Below, one piece after another: positions 39,482 through 49,247 of a DNA stretch of 52,615 nt (position 1 is the stretch's first letter; each line of letters starts with the position of its first letter). The stretch spans positions 1 through 52,615 of the forward strand of contig PHDH01000002.1 of assembly GCA_002840935.1 (NCBI GenBank), written 5' to 3'. The notes under the pieces were generated by a model that did not search any database, was not told the origin of the DNA, and saw only the letters and a list, made by a program, of their open reading frames with translations. Source of the DNA: Bacteroidetes bacterium HGW-Bacteroidetes-21. GTDB taxonomy: Bacteria; Bacteroidota; Bacteroidia; Bacteroidales; GWA2-32-17. The position numbers and the translations under genes are program-made.

Positions 39482-40045
39482 ATGAAAAGTATAGTTAAAA
39501 TATTTTTAGTTGTAATTATCCTTATAGGTGCATATGCTAATCTCAAGGCTCAGAAAGGATGGGGTGTAGGAGCCAGCGGGATTTACAATTTCAACACCAA
39601 AGAGCCGGGGATAGGTGCCAGAGTCCTTATCCCGGTAAAAGACAAAGGTTATGGAATACCCTATGTTTATTATTATTTTCCAAGTAATAATTTTTCAGGT
39701 GGACTTGCTGGAATGTATACTTTTTACAAAACCGGACCTTTTTCTTTTTATGCCATTGTTACCGGGACTTTCAGGGGGAGTGTAAGTGTCTCGGTAAACG
39801 ATTCTACAGCTAGCAACGAAAAATCATATGAGGCTGAAGGCGAGGCTGGTGCCGGGGTGTGGATTGGCCGGGGTTGTCTTAAAGGAATGATAGAGCCCCG
39901 TTATGCCGTGGTTAGTGAAGAAGTTACTTTACGGGCTGGGTTTGTTTTATTTTTCTCTTGTAAACATAAGAAAAAAGGAGGAAAAAGCAGAGCTAGTTAT
40001 CGGGGTATGTCAAGTAAAAAGCCCATTTGTCCCGCTTACGAATAA
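39482..40045 (+). CDS. Small outer-membrane beta-barrel protein with basic, Cys-bounded C-terminal tail
   Basis: Signal peptide (ANLKA-Q); about 8 amphipathic strands; tail CKHKKKGGKSRASYRGMSSKKPICPAYE. Confidence 0.7.
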   Translation: MKSIVKIFLVVIILIGAYANLKAQKGWGVGASGIYNFNTKEPGIGARVLIPVKDKGYGIPYVYYYFPSNNFSGGLAGMYTFYKTGPFSFYAIVTGTFRGSVSVSVNDSTASNEKSYEAEGEAGAGVWIGRGCLKGMIEPRYAVVSEEVTLRAGFVLFFSCKHKKKGGKSRASYRGMSSKKPICPAYE

Positions 40046-40108
40046 TTTCTTCTGAAAATGCTACATCTTTAATCAAAACAGTTTATTTTTGCTTAAAATT
40101 AAGGTCTT

Positions 40109-40918
40109 ATGAAAACAACAGCCATTCTGATTATTCTGATTACATTTTTTCTGCATTCGTTTGCTCAGAATCCGTTTAAAGTGATCAGTGTTAACGGTGA
40201 GATATTAGCTAAAAAAGCCAATGTGAATTTGCAGAGTGGGTTGGAAGTGAAAAGCGACGATAATTTCGCCTTTATCAAACCAAATTCTCGGGCAGCATTA
40301 ATTAATCCCGACTTAGGTAGAGTAATCTTAACTGAACAGAACTCCTCCAATGCGTTTAATAAAGCGGCTTTTGCACCGGCTATGAGCTCTGTTAGTACAC
40401 GTGGTACAAGCAGTAATGTTATGTTTACAAAAGATCAGGTGTCTACCTATTTTAGCGAAAAACTTCTGGTAGTCGACAGACTCGAGATAAAAATCAGCAA
40501 CAAGGTTTTTCCCATGAATTCCAACGCCTATTTCTTCATCCGTTATATGTACAACGGCGACGAAATAAATAAACGTTTATCCTATAAATCGGATACTTTA
40601 ATTATTGATAAGTCCGAATTATATGCAATTGATGGCAAGCCCATTCCCAATCCCGAAATTGATGAAATGAAACTATATTATTACGAAATTAATGGGGATA
40701 ATTCTAAAGCTACTTTCATCAGTTCATTTAATCTGGTTTTTATTCCTAATGAACAACTGAAAAGCGAAGTACAGCTTATACTCGATGCCTGCAAAAAACA
40801 GTCGTACGAAAGAAAATTCTCTGAAGTTTATGATTTTTTGACTTCCTTTTACGGCGCCATCGATCAGACCTATGTCGAATCATGGTTAGATATAACTTTC
40901 GGATTAAAGAAAAAATAG
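40109..40918 (+). CDS. Exported hypothetical protein
   Basis: Signal peptide (LHSFA-Q); N-terminal beta-rich FecR-like start (FKVISVNGEI); TATTTTTG box at 40084-40091; 41 nt upstream of the PP2C sensor. Confidence 0.75.
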   Translation: MKTTAILIILITFFLHSFAQNPFKVISVNGEILAKKANVNLQSGLEVKSDDNFAFIKPNSRAALINPDLGRVILTEQNSSNAFNKAAFAPAMSSVSTRGTSSNVMFTKDQVSTYFSEKLLVVDRLEIKISNKVFPMNSNAYFFIRYMYNGDEINKRLSYKSDTLIIDKSELYAIDGKPIPNPEIDEMKLYYYEINGDNSKATFISSFNLVFIPNEQLKSEVQLILDACKKQSYERKFSEVYDFLTSFYGAIDQTYVESWLDITFGLKKK

Positions 40919-40959
40919 TTTGATCGTATCTGTTTTGAACTTACAAAGCCTTCTTTAAA

Positions 40960-43900
40960 ATGAGAAAAACCTTCCTGATTTTATGTTGTTTTTTTTCGTT
41001 TATCTCATGTTTTTCTCAGTTCGATAGGCAGACTGTTACTAATTTCTCACCAAGGGATTACGGTCAGAATTATTCCAACTATACACAAGCTGTCACTGAA
41101 GACGCGCAGGGTTTAATCTATGTGGGAACAGCCTACGGAATTCTGCAATATGACGGATATTCATGGCAGTTTATTCCAGTGAAAGCCGGTGCTTTTGTCA
41201 CTTCGCTGGCCTGTTTTGATAAGACTATTTATGTGGGTAGTCAGGGGGATTTTGGTTATCTGTCGCCCGACGCAAATGGAAAGCTGACGTATATCTCACT
41301 GCTGGAGCAAGTGGCCGAAGAAGATAAAGGATTCACGTCGATATGGAGGACTTTGGTATATGACAATAAGGTTGTCTTTCAGGCCGACGAAAGAATATTC
41401 CTATATGAAAACCAAAAAATAAAAGTTGTACGTCCTCAGACGAGTTTTCATTTGGCTTTTACCGATGGGACATCCCTTTATGCAAGACAAAGAGAAGTCG
41501 GATTGACTGCCTTTTCCGGGAATGGCTTTCAACTGGTGGATGGAGGTGCACAATTCGCCGATACTGGGATTTTTGCCATACTTCCCTACGAAAAGAATTC
41601 AAAACTAGTTGTTTCTCAGGAAGCGGGTCTCTTTGTGTGGACAGATTCTGTCTTCGTTCCCCTCCATATTAGATTGAAAGATCGTCTCCAAAAATCTATG
41701 ATTATTGGAGCACGCAAACTTTCTGACGGAAATTATGCATTGTACGGACTGAAAGATGGGATTATCGTTATTAATGCAGAAGGACAAATCTTGTCTGTAT
41801 ATGGAAGTGGGGCAGGATTGAGGTCATCAGAGATTCATGAAATCTGGCAGGATAGGTATGGTAATATCTGGGCTGCGACACAAAAAGGTGTTAGCAGAAT
41901 ACAATATAATTCTCCCCTGTCTGTATATGGTGAATCATCGGGTTTGTCGGGCAATGTTCAGGCTGTAGCTTCTTATGGGTCATTGCTCTATGTAGGAACA
42001 ACAGAGGGGTTGTACTATAATGGTTTGTCGGGATCGAAAGTCTTTGCCGAGGTTAATGAGATGAAGGGCAGTGTGTGGGTCCTCAGTCAAAATGAACGTG
42101 GGGTTTTTGCCGGGGGCGAGAGTGGTGTCTGGTTTACTGATGGAACAAGGATGGTTCAGATTTCTAAAGCGCAATGTTCAGGAATGCTCTTGGTGCCCGA
42201 AAAAAAATGGCTGATTGTCGCCGGAAATGCAGGGGTTCGCTTTTATAATTCCGAGACATTTACCCTGCTTCTAGATTTACCCGAAGTAATGCTTGACGCC
42301 TATGGAATTGCCTGTCAAACGACGTCGGAAAACGCCTGCGAAATTTGGTTGGGTTCGAAAACGCAAGGGGTAAGTCAGATTATAGTAACAGATGACCTCA
42401 AGTATCAGGTTGATTTTTATATGGGCATGGAAGATGGATTGCCCAACGACTGGGTTTGTGCTTTTCAGGCAAAAAACAAGGTGTTGTTTGGAACATCGTT
42501 GGGAATGCTACGCTTTATAAGTTCCAGTGAAATATCCGAACTGACTCATGATACAACGGCAGTCAGAGGTTATTTCGATATTACCGATTTTCCCAAAGGC
42601 TCTTCTGGCCAGTCGGTGACCAGTTTTGTATATAACGATGCGTTGTCGTTTGCGGCACTTGATAATTTTGTATATCAAATCGATTTGAAAGACAGTACAA
42701 TGAATAATTCTTTCTTCAAAACATTGCAACTGGGTCGGTTCAACGTGATTTATAAGCAACAACAAAATATTTGGATAGGCGGTGACGATGGATTGGCCCT
42801 TTATGATGCCAGAAAAGCCAGTACAATTCAGAAGATGTCTCCCGAGATGGGCATTCGAAGGATCACCGTAGGTAAAGATTCTGTTATATGGTCAGGAGAT
42901 ATTCCTTATTCTGGAAAAGAAATTGTGTTGCCTTTTACGCAGAATTCATTACGCATTGACTTGTTTTCTCTCTTTTCCGACAATGGTTTTCGACTCCGGT
43001 ACTCGTGGAAACTTGAAGGTATGAGTGATGAGTTTTCTGATTGGAGCAATGACCATATTATAACTTTCTCTCACCTTCGCGAAGGGAGCTATGTTTTACA
43101 TGTTAAGGCGGTTACTCCCGGTGATCAGGAGACCGACGAAACGCTATTGTATTTCCAGATTTTACCTCCATGGTACCGTTCCTGGTGGGCGTATGTAATT
43201 TATGGAATAGGCTTGATTTTCTTCATTTATATTTTAATCCTTTTAAACACTCGTCGTTTGAAGGAGAAGAACCGCAAACTGGAGGAAATTGTGAAAATTA
43301 GAACACAGGAAGTGGTTGCCCAGAAACATGAAATTGAAATTCAGAAAGAAACCATACTGGAGATTCTTAACGATCTTAATGCAAGTATCACATACGCTCA
43401 GCGAATACAAGAAGCCATCCTGCCCAGCAAAGAATTACTGAAACATTGTTTTCCTGAGCATTTCATTTTATACAAACCCAGAAATGTTGTTAGTGGCGAT
43501 TATTACTGGGCAAGTCAGGTAGGCGACTGGACCGTGATAACCGTTGCCGATTGCACAGGACACGGTGTGCCCGGCGCATTTATGTCCATGCTGGGAATAT
43601 CATTCCTCAATGAAATTGTGCGCAAGAAGGAAGTTACAGCACCCGATAAAATCCTCAATGCTCTTCGCGATGCCGTTATTGAAGCTCTCAGACAGTCGTT
43701 AACTGAAGGCAAACAAAAAGATGGTATGGATATTTCCCTTTGCGCAATTAATATAAAGACAATGCAATGCCTGTGGGCCGGGGCAAATAATTCGCTGTAT
43801 ATTATTAGAAATGCAGCTAACAGCCAATTAGTTGAGTTCAAAGCTGACAAAATGCCCATCGGCATTCACGTTAAAATGTATCCTTTTACCTGTCACGAAG

Positions 43901-44142
43901 TGAAATTAGAATCGGGGGATTGTTTGTACATGACTTCGGATGGTTATCCCGATCAGTTTGGAGGTGAAAAAGGCAAGAAGTTTATGTCGAAAAATTTGAA
44001 AGAACTGCTGACCGAAAACGCGGCATTGCCTATGGAAAGTCAAAAAGCTGCATTAGAAAAAGCCTTGGACGAATGGATGAACGGACATGAGGAAAAACAT
44101 GCACAAGTAGACGATATCACCATTATGGGTATCAGGGTGTAA
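40960..44142 (+). CDS. Membrane sensor: beta-propeller + Y_Y_Y domain + TM + SpoIIE/PP2C phosphatase
   Basis: Signal peptide; Reg_prop-like repeats; YSWKLEG...LREGSYVLHVKA; ILPPWYRSWWAY TM; PP2C motifs VSGDYYW, ADCTGHGVPGAFMS, DGMD, SDGYPDQFGG and QVDDI. Confidence 0.92.
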   Translation: MRKTFLILCCFFSFISCFSQFDRQTVTNFSPRDYGQNYSNYTQAVTEDAQGLIYVGTAYGILQYDGYSWQFIPVKAGAFVTSLACFDKTIYVGSQGDFGYLSPDANGKLTYISLLEQVAEEDKGFTSIWRTLVYDNKVVFQADERIFLYENQKIKVVRPQTSFHLAFTDGTSLYARQREVGLTAFSGNGFQLVDGGAQFADTGIFAILPYEKNSKLVVSQEAGLFVWTDSVFVPLHIRLKDRLQKSMIIGARKLSDGNYALYGLKDGIIVINAEGQILSVYGSGAGLRSSEIHEIWQDRYGNIWAATQKGVSRIQYNSPLSVYGESSGLSGNVQAVASYGSLLYVGTTEGLYYNGLSGSKVFAEVNEMKGSVWVLSQNERGVFAGGESGVWFTDGTRMVQISKAQCSGMLLVPEKKWLIVAGNAGVRFYNSETFTLLLDLPEVMLDAYGIACQTTSENACEIWLGSKTQGVSQIIVTDDLKYQVDFYMGMEDGLPNDWVCAFQAKNKVLFGTSLGMLRFISSSEISELTHDTTAVRGYFDITDFPKGSSGQSVTSFVYNDALSFAALDNFVYQIDLKDSTMNNSFFKTLQLGRFNVIYKQQQNIWIGGDDGLALYDARKASTIQKMSPEMGIRRITVGKDSVIWSGDIPYSGKEIVLPFTQNSLRIDLFSLFSDNGFRLRYSWKLEGMSDEFSDWSNDHIITFSHLREGSYVLHVKAVTPGDQETDETLLYFQILPPWYRSWWAYVIYGIGLIFFIYILILLNTRRLKEKNRKLEEIVKIRTQEVVAQKHEIEIQKETILEILNDLNASITYAQRIQEAILPSKELLKHCFPEHFILYKPRNVVSGDYYWASQVGDWTVITVADCTGHGVPGAFMSMLGISFLNEIVRKKEVTAPDKILNALRDAVIEALRQSLTEGKQKDGMDISLCAINIKTMQCLWAGANNSLYIIRNAANSQLVEFKADKMPIGIHVKMYPFTCHEVKLESGDCLYMTSDGYPDQFGGEKGKKFMSKNLKELLTENAALPMESQKAALEKALDEWMNGHEEKHAQVDDITIMGIRV

Positions 44143-44210
44143 TCTGCAACAAATCGCTAAGCTTTGCTGACAGCAAGCTGATAAATGCTAATTCATTTAA
44201 GTTTTATTTG

Positions 44211-44261
44211 AAAAAAGGCTAAAGTAAAGGTCAGGTCTAATTCTGATCCCTCACTTTAGCC
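44211..44261 (-). terminator. Probable intrinsic terminator for the TM2 gene
   Basis: GGCTAAAGT...ACTTTAGCC stem (44217-44261) with imperfect inner pairing, followed by a T run on the minus strand. Confidence 0.55.
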
Positions 44262-44304
44262 AAACAGTTATTTTATTAGGACTAATTGCTATTATCTTTT
44301 CAGC

Positions 44305-44952
44305 CTACCAACCCGGGCCGAGATCGCCAACGATTAAGCGAATGAAGTCGATCAATACCCATATTTCGAGAATGATCAAAATCACGAAGCCTATTAAAAT
44401 TATTGAAGTAATAATTCCTACAAGAAACATTACGAGCTGCCAAATTCCTTTTTTTGTGTTTCCTAGAAAAAAACTGTGAATGCCTAGATATCCAAGGAAA
44501 AAGCAAAGTGCCAAAGCAATAATCTGAGTGTATTCGCCAGCAGGAGATGAAGGAGAAGCTACGCCATACGATATGTCTTTATTCAATTCACTATTTCTTA
44601 AACTATGCTTAATGGTTTTCTTTTCTTTAGCAATTTGTATCTCAGAAGTGGAATTTACATTTGTTGAAGTTGTTTTTTTACTAACTAAAGGATTATCTTT
44701 AGAAGAGGTAGATGCCTGAAGTTGATCATTTTTCACAACAGCTGTTGTTGTATTTTCTTCTGTAATCTGCTGTTTATCATTAGTTTTAATGGCAACATTT
44801 GTCTGCTGAGCTGTTGACGGTTTTTCGTTTGCGGTTTTTGTTTTATTTTCAACATGAAATCCCGGCATGTATTTTCTTCTTTCGATAGAGCAGGATGTAA
44901 AAATAAAGACCGAAATAAGGGTCATTAAAAAAGTAAATTTTAATGTTTTCAT
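44305..44952 (-). CDS. TM2-domain lipoprotein
   Basis: Lipobox IFTS-C; polar low-complexity linker; TM2 motif ALCFFLGYLGIHSFFLG...W.LIDFIRL. TATATTTG box at 44981-44988 (minus). Confidence 0.85.
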   Translation of the reverse strand: MKTLKFTFLMTLISVFIFTSCSIERRKYMPGFHVENKTKTANEKPSTAQQTNVAIKTNDKQQITEENTTTAVVKNDQLQASTSSKDNPLVSKKTTSTNVNSTSEIQIAKEKKTIKHSLRNSELNKDISYGVASPSSPAGEYTQIIALALCFFLGYLGIHSFFLGNTKKGIWQLVMFLVGIITSIILIGFVILIILEIWVLIDFIRLIVGDLGPGW

Positions 44953-44996
44953 AGGCGTTTTTTTATTTTTGTTAATTATTCAAATATAATCAAAAA

Positions 44997-46250
44997 TCAG
45001 TGTTTTGATTCGTTAAAGTCCGAAAAAAAATCAGGATACGATTTATTGACTGTTTCGTAATGCTCAATTTCGACCGGCATTTTTGCGTTTAACGACATTA
45101 ATGCCAGCGCCATAGCAATACGATGATCATTATGCGAATTGACACTTCCTCCTGTAATTTTTCCCCCGGTAATATGCATTTCGTTCTCTGAAAGTTTGAT
45201 TTGTATTCCCAGTTTTTGAAATTCACTTTGCAGGGAAAGTGCTCTGTTGCTTTCTTTTTGCGTCAGTCGTTGTGTGCCGGTGATGACAGAAGTGCCTTTG
45301 CAGTGTGCGGCAAGGGCTGCCAGAGGTGGGAAGAGGTCGGGGTACATGGTTGCATCGAAGTGAAAGTCATGGAGGTCACTTTTAATGACCGTGACTGCTT
45401 CGTCTGAAAGTGTGACAAGAGCTCCGGCTGACTTTAAAACATCGCAAATTATCCGGTCGCCTTGTGCAGAAGTTGGGTTTAGCCCTTTGATGCATACGTG
45501 TCCGCTGATAGCGGCAGCCGCCATGTGAAAAGCTGCACCACTCCAGTCGCCTTCGACCTGATATTGTAAAGGCTTAAAATGTTGATTACCACGAATGAAA
45601 AAATCGCTAAAATTTTTATGCTGAATAGACACGCCAGCTTTTTCGAGCATTTCCAAAGTCATTGCAATATATGGCTGACTGCAAAGGTTGTGTACATGCA
45701 GGGTCGTATCTCCTTTTGCCAAAGGAAGAGCAATGAGTAAACCTGTAAGCAACTGGGAAGTCTCCGAAGCATCGATCGTGATTTTACCGGGTTGTAATTT
45801 TCCGCTAATATGTAAAGGAAGAAATCCATTTTGGCTGACAACGGTTTTTCCCAGTAACTGAAGGGCTTGTTCAACCATGTGCATGGGGCGGTTGAGAAGG
45901 GAACCCCGACCTTCTATCACTACGCTGTTGTTGTAAAGGGTCGAAATACCTCCGAACATTCTTGCTGCCAGACCCGATTCTCCGCTATGTAAATGAACTG
46001 GAAGATCGTACTGAGACAACCCTTTAATGTGAATGGTATCTCCCTGTATATTGACTTCTGCCCCTATGCTTTTAACTAAGCCGAGAACAGCGTCGGTGTC
46101 GTTGTTAGCTTTGTAGCCAGTTATGACTGACGTTTCGGGGCATAGCGAAGCAAAGGCAACAGCCCTTTGTAAATAGCTTTTTGAGGGCGGAGCGGTAAGG
46201 GTTCCGTAGTATACGCCGGGACTTAGTTTAATGTATGATGTTGGTTCCAA
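44997..46250 (-). CDS. aroA: 3-phosphoshikimate 1-carboxyvinyltransferase (EPSP synthase)
   Basis: PPSKSYLQRA, GESGLAAR, SLLNRPM, SQLLTGLL, EGDWSGAAF, KESNR, HNDHRIAM and KSYPDFF. TTG start; TATTTTTG box at 46274-46281 (minus). Confidence 0.95.
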   Translation of the reverse strand: MEPTSYIKLSPGVYYGTLTAPPSKSYLQRAVAFASLCPETSVITGYKANNDTDAVLGLVKSIGAEVNIQGDTIHIKGLSQYDLPVHLHSGESGLAARMFGGISTLYNNSVVIEGRGSLLNRPMHMVEQALQLLGKTVVSQNGFLPLHISGKLQPGKITIDASETSQLLTGLLIALPLAKGDTTLHVHNLCSQPYIAMTLEMLEKAGVSIQHKNFSDFFIRGNQHFKPLQYQVEGDWSGAAFHMAAAAISGHVCIKGLNPTSAQGDRIICDVLKSAGALVTLSDEAVTVIKSDLHDFHFDATMYPDLFPPLAALAAHCKGTSVITGTQRLTQKESNRALSLQSEFQKLGIQIKLSENEMHITGGKITGGSVNSHNDHRIAMALALMSLNAKMPVEIEHYETVNKSYPDFFSDFNESKH

Positions 46251-46526
46251 AATCTATATGCAGGGTTATAAAGCAAAAATAGTCAAAATATAAAGACCTT
46301 TACGTGCCATGTGACAAAAATCCAGATTTTTAAAAACCTAGGATTTCAGAGTGAGATATTTATTTTTTCTATTTCTCAAATTGTTGGGGGTTGGTGTGTA
46401 AATTAAAAAAATGAAAAACGTAAGTTATTTTACAATAATTTCGAACTCTGTTTTCAAAAGCAAATAATTTATACTTTTGTTAAGTTATTATGCTAACTGC
46501 TTTATTTCAGTATTGAAAAACGAACG

Positions 46527-47987
46527 ATGAAAAATATACTTTTATTAATAATTTTTCTTGGAATTACGTCTCAAATCAAATCTCAGACAAATGAATGTTT
46601 GAAAGACTTTGATTTTTTAGTCAAGAAAATTAAAGCCGATTATCCTGGATATCAGGATAAAGTGACAAAGGAATCTGTTGAGGAATTAAACCAATTGGAA
46701 CAAAAAATTCGAGAGCAAATCCGGTTATATCCAGATTCATGTGGCAAATTTCTGTCTTTTTATACCGACTGGTTTAAAGACAATCATTTACGAATTCAGC
46801 GAATATGGCCTTCTTCAGGTTCAAATAAATCAAAAACTTCAAATCACATTTTCTTCACTGGGAATGTCGATACAATTCTTAGTCAAACAAGTGATTCATT
46901 AGAGGGAATTTGGCATTCGTTCGGGGGTGATGTCGCAATAGCTTACAATGCTGATTCGCAGGAGTATTCTGGCATTTCGATTTCTTATCGGGGCTATGAA
47001 AAAAATCAGCTTGTCTTCAAGCTTTCAAATCGATTGGGAAATGAGTTTCAGCTGATATCCTATCCATATTACAATGACTTTCTTCCCGCAAACGGGAAAG
47101 CCTCCATACACATACAAAATAAAGTGCTTGAGCTGCATGAGGATACTCGATTTGTAAAAAAAACGAATTCAACAGTTTCCGACAATGCTCTTTTGTATTC
47201 GTATATCCCTGAATTTCCTAATGGGTCGAATGTTTATCCCGTGGCACTTTCATTGGACGACAGTACATTTTATCTCCGTATTCCCTCCTTTATGGGTGAT
47301 GTTGCAGATGTGCTTGTAAAGAAACATTGGGATGAAATAATGTCGAAGCCAAACCTGATAATAGATATTAGGAACAATGGTGGAGGACAGGATAATTATT
47401 TTCAAATACTAACCGATTTGATTTACAATACTCCATATGTAAGCAAAGGGGTAGAGTGGTATGCCACTGAAAACAACATCCGTATGTTTGAAAAGGCATT
47501 AGAAGATGGCGAAATCCGTAATGGCGAGGAAGGTATCGAATGGACTAAGAGTCTCGTTAAAGAAATGAAAAAAAGTAAAGGAAAATTTGTAATTCATCCA
47601 TTAATGGGGTCCGACAAAACGATTAAAAATGATACTATCTACAAATATCCTTCAAGAGTTGGAATTATTATTAACGAAGGGAATGCGTCATCTGCTGAAC
47701 AGTTTCTGATACAAGCTAAAATGAGTACAAAAACTATATTGTTTGGGAATTCAAATACTGCCGGAGTTTTAGATTATTCTAATGCCATTAGTGAAAATTT
47801 GCCATCAAATAAGTTCAAACTCATTTTTCCCATGACTCGTTCTCGCAGATTGCCTGAATATCCGATAGACAATATCGGGATTTCGCCAGATGTAATGATT
47901 CCCTTTCCATCCAATCCTCAACTTTACGATAGACTTGACCAGTGGGTTTATTTTGTAAAAAACTATTTGGAATTGATGAATAATTAA
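46527..47987 (+). CDS. S41-family peptidase
   Basis: Signal peptide; YLRIPSF, IIDIRNNGGG, ASSAEQF, TAGVLDY and GISPDV. TACTTTTG box at 46472-46479. Confidence 0.9.
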   Translation: MKNILLLIIFLGITSQIKSQTNECLKDFDFLVKKIKADYPGYQDKVTKESVEELNQLEQKIREQIRLYPDSCGKFLSFYTDWFKDNHLRIQRIWPSSGSNKSKTSNHIFFTGNVDTILSQTSDSLEGIWHSFGGDVAIAYNADSQEYSGISISYRGYEKNQLVFKLSNRLGNEFQLISYPYYNDFLPANGKASIHIQNKVLELHEDTRFVKKTNSTVSDNALLYSYIPEFPNGSNVYPVALSLDDSTFYLRIPSFMGDVADVLVKKHWDEIMSKPNLIIDIRNNGGGQDNYFQILTDLIYNTPYVSKGVEWYATENNIRMFEKALEDGEIRNGEEGIEWTKSLVKEMKKSKGKFVIHPLMGSDKTIKNDTIYKYPSRVGIIINEGNASSAEQFLIQAKMSTKTILFGNSNTAGVLDYSNAISENLPSNKFKLIFPMTRSRRLPEYPIDNIGISPDVMIPFPSNPQLYDRLDQWVYFVKNYLELMNN

Positions 47988-48064
47988 TAAAACAAGTTCA
48001 ATATTTATATTCGCATTATAAATTAAACAAAATAGTCCAGGAATGTAAGAATAGAATACAGAAT

Positions 48065-48640
48065 ATGAGCTTAGGTTATAAATTTTCGTGGTCTGAAATG
48101 GACCTTCTGGCGCAAAGATGGGAGAATTTCGCAATAAAGCATGCAGGCGAATTTAAGATTATTAATTCCCATTCCTTTTCAAATATTTCAGATCCTACTC
48201 TAAGAAAATTCGAGTTGAAAATTCCATTCGAGAATGGACAAATTACCTTTTTAACAACTGAGATAAAACCTCTAAAAGTAAGCTATTCGTTTAATCGAAT
48301 TATTCCCAATGAGTTTTTAATCTATAACGAGGACTATTTCGATAAAATCTTGAAACATTTTGGATTAAATGAACTTGAAATTGGCGATCCTGATTTTGAT
48401 AATAAATTTATTATCAAGGGAAACAATGAGTTTTTATTGAGAAAAATATTGACAAAAGAATGGAAGACATTTTTACAAAGTAATTATTTAGCAAATTTCA
48501 AATTAGAAAAAGTTGAAGTTTGCTCTGTTCTTGAATTAAATATTTCGATAAATGAGTTAGAGGTTTCGAACTTAGCGAAAATAGCGGAGCTATTTAAAGA
48601 CATTATATCAATAATACAATACAAGTGTGAAATAGAATAA
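48065..48640 (+). CDS. Hypothetical protein
   Basis: 191-aa ORF with a KHFG..ELEIGDPDFDNKFIIKGN segment typical of a conserved uncharacterised family. Confidence 0.7.
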   Translation: MSLGYKFSWSEMDLLAQRWENFAIKHAGEFKIINSHSFSNISDPTLRKFELKIPFENGQITFLTTEIKPLKVSYSFNRIIPNEFLIYNEDYFDKILKHFGLNELEIGDPDFDNKFIIKGNNEFLLRKILTKEWKTFLQSNYLANFKLEKVEVCSVLELNISINELEVSNLAKIAELFKDIISIIQYKCEIE

Positions 48641-48729
48641 TTATCATTGAATTTGTATTGCAATATGAAAACAATTGAAATTATTTTGTGAAAAAGTACG
48701 ATGAAGGATCAACTAATAAAAACACTGAG

Positions 48730-49164
48730 ATGAAAGACAAATCTAAAGAACTCGACACATCCCTTACATTAATCAATGATAAACTAAATTTCATTGGATC
48801 TAACGGGTACAATGATCCCATTTCAATAGATTATCTGCCACCTTTAGGTGATAATTTGGGATATACATCACTTGAGCTACTTCTTCTAAGTTTATCTTCG
48901 TGTATAGGGAGTGCTGTTTTGACATTTTTAAGGAAGATGAACAGAGAAATATCTTTTTGTAAAATCAATGCAAAAGGTTTAAGAAGAGAGGAGCACCCAA
49001 CATGTTTTTCAAAAATTATTGTTGAGATAAGCGTAGGTTCTTCCAATGTGACTGACGAAGATATGGCCAAGGTTATTCAACTCTCAGAAGATAAATATTG
49101 TCCTGTTTATGCTATGATTAAGGGGAATGCGGAAATCAATATTGAATACAAAATTGAAAACTGA
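48730..49164 (+). CDS. OsmC/YhfA-family protein
   Basis: G...LELLLLSLSSC, R.EEHPT.F..I and LSEDKYCPV (two conserved Cys). ATG 48730 preferred over GTG 48688. Confidence 0.88.
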   Translation: MKDKSKELDTSLTLINDKLNFIGSNGYNDPISIDYLPPLGDNLGYTSLELLLLSLSSCIGSAVLTFLRKMNREISFCKINAKGLRREEHPTCFSKIIVEISVGSSNVTDEDMAKVIQLSEDKYCPVYAMIKGNAEINIEYKIEN

Positions 49165-49247
49165 GAAATTTTAAAGTAATCCTAAAGATTTTCGAATTTC
49201 GAGCTTGCCATTTCTATGTTTTTTATATTGGATAGATTTTTAAGTCA

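Noticed and set aside
33316-46250. aroC-aroA operon split by an inserted island
   Set aside because: aroA has its own promoter box, and no integrase, att repeats or clear boundaries were seen; scattered aro genes are unremarkable.
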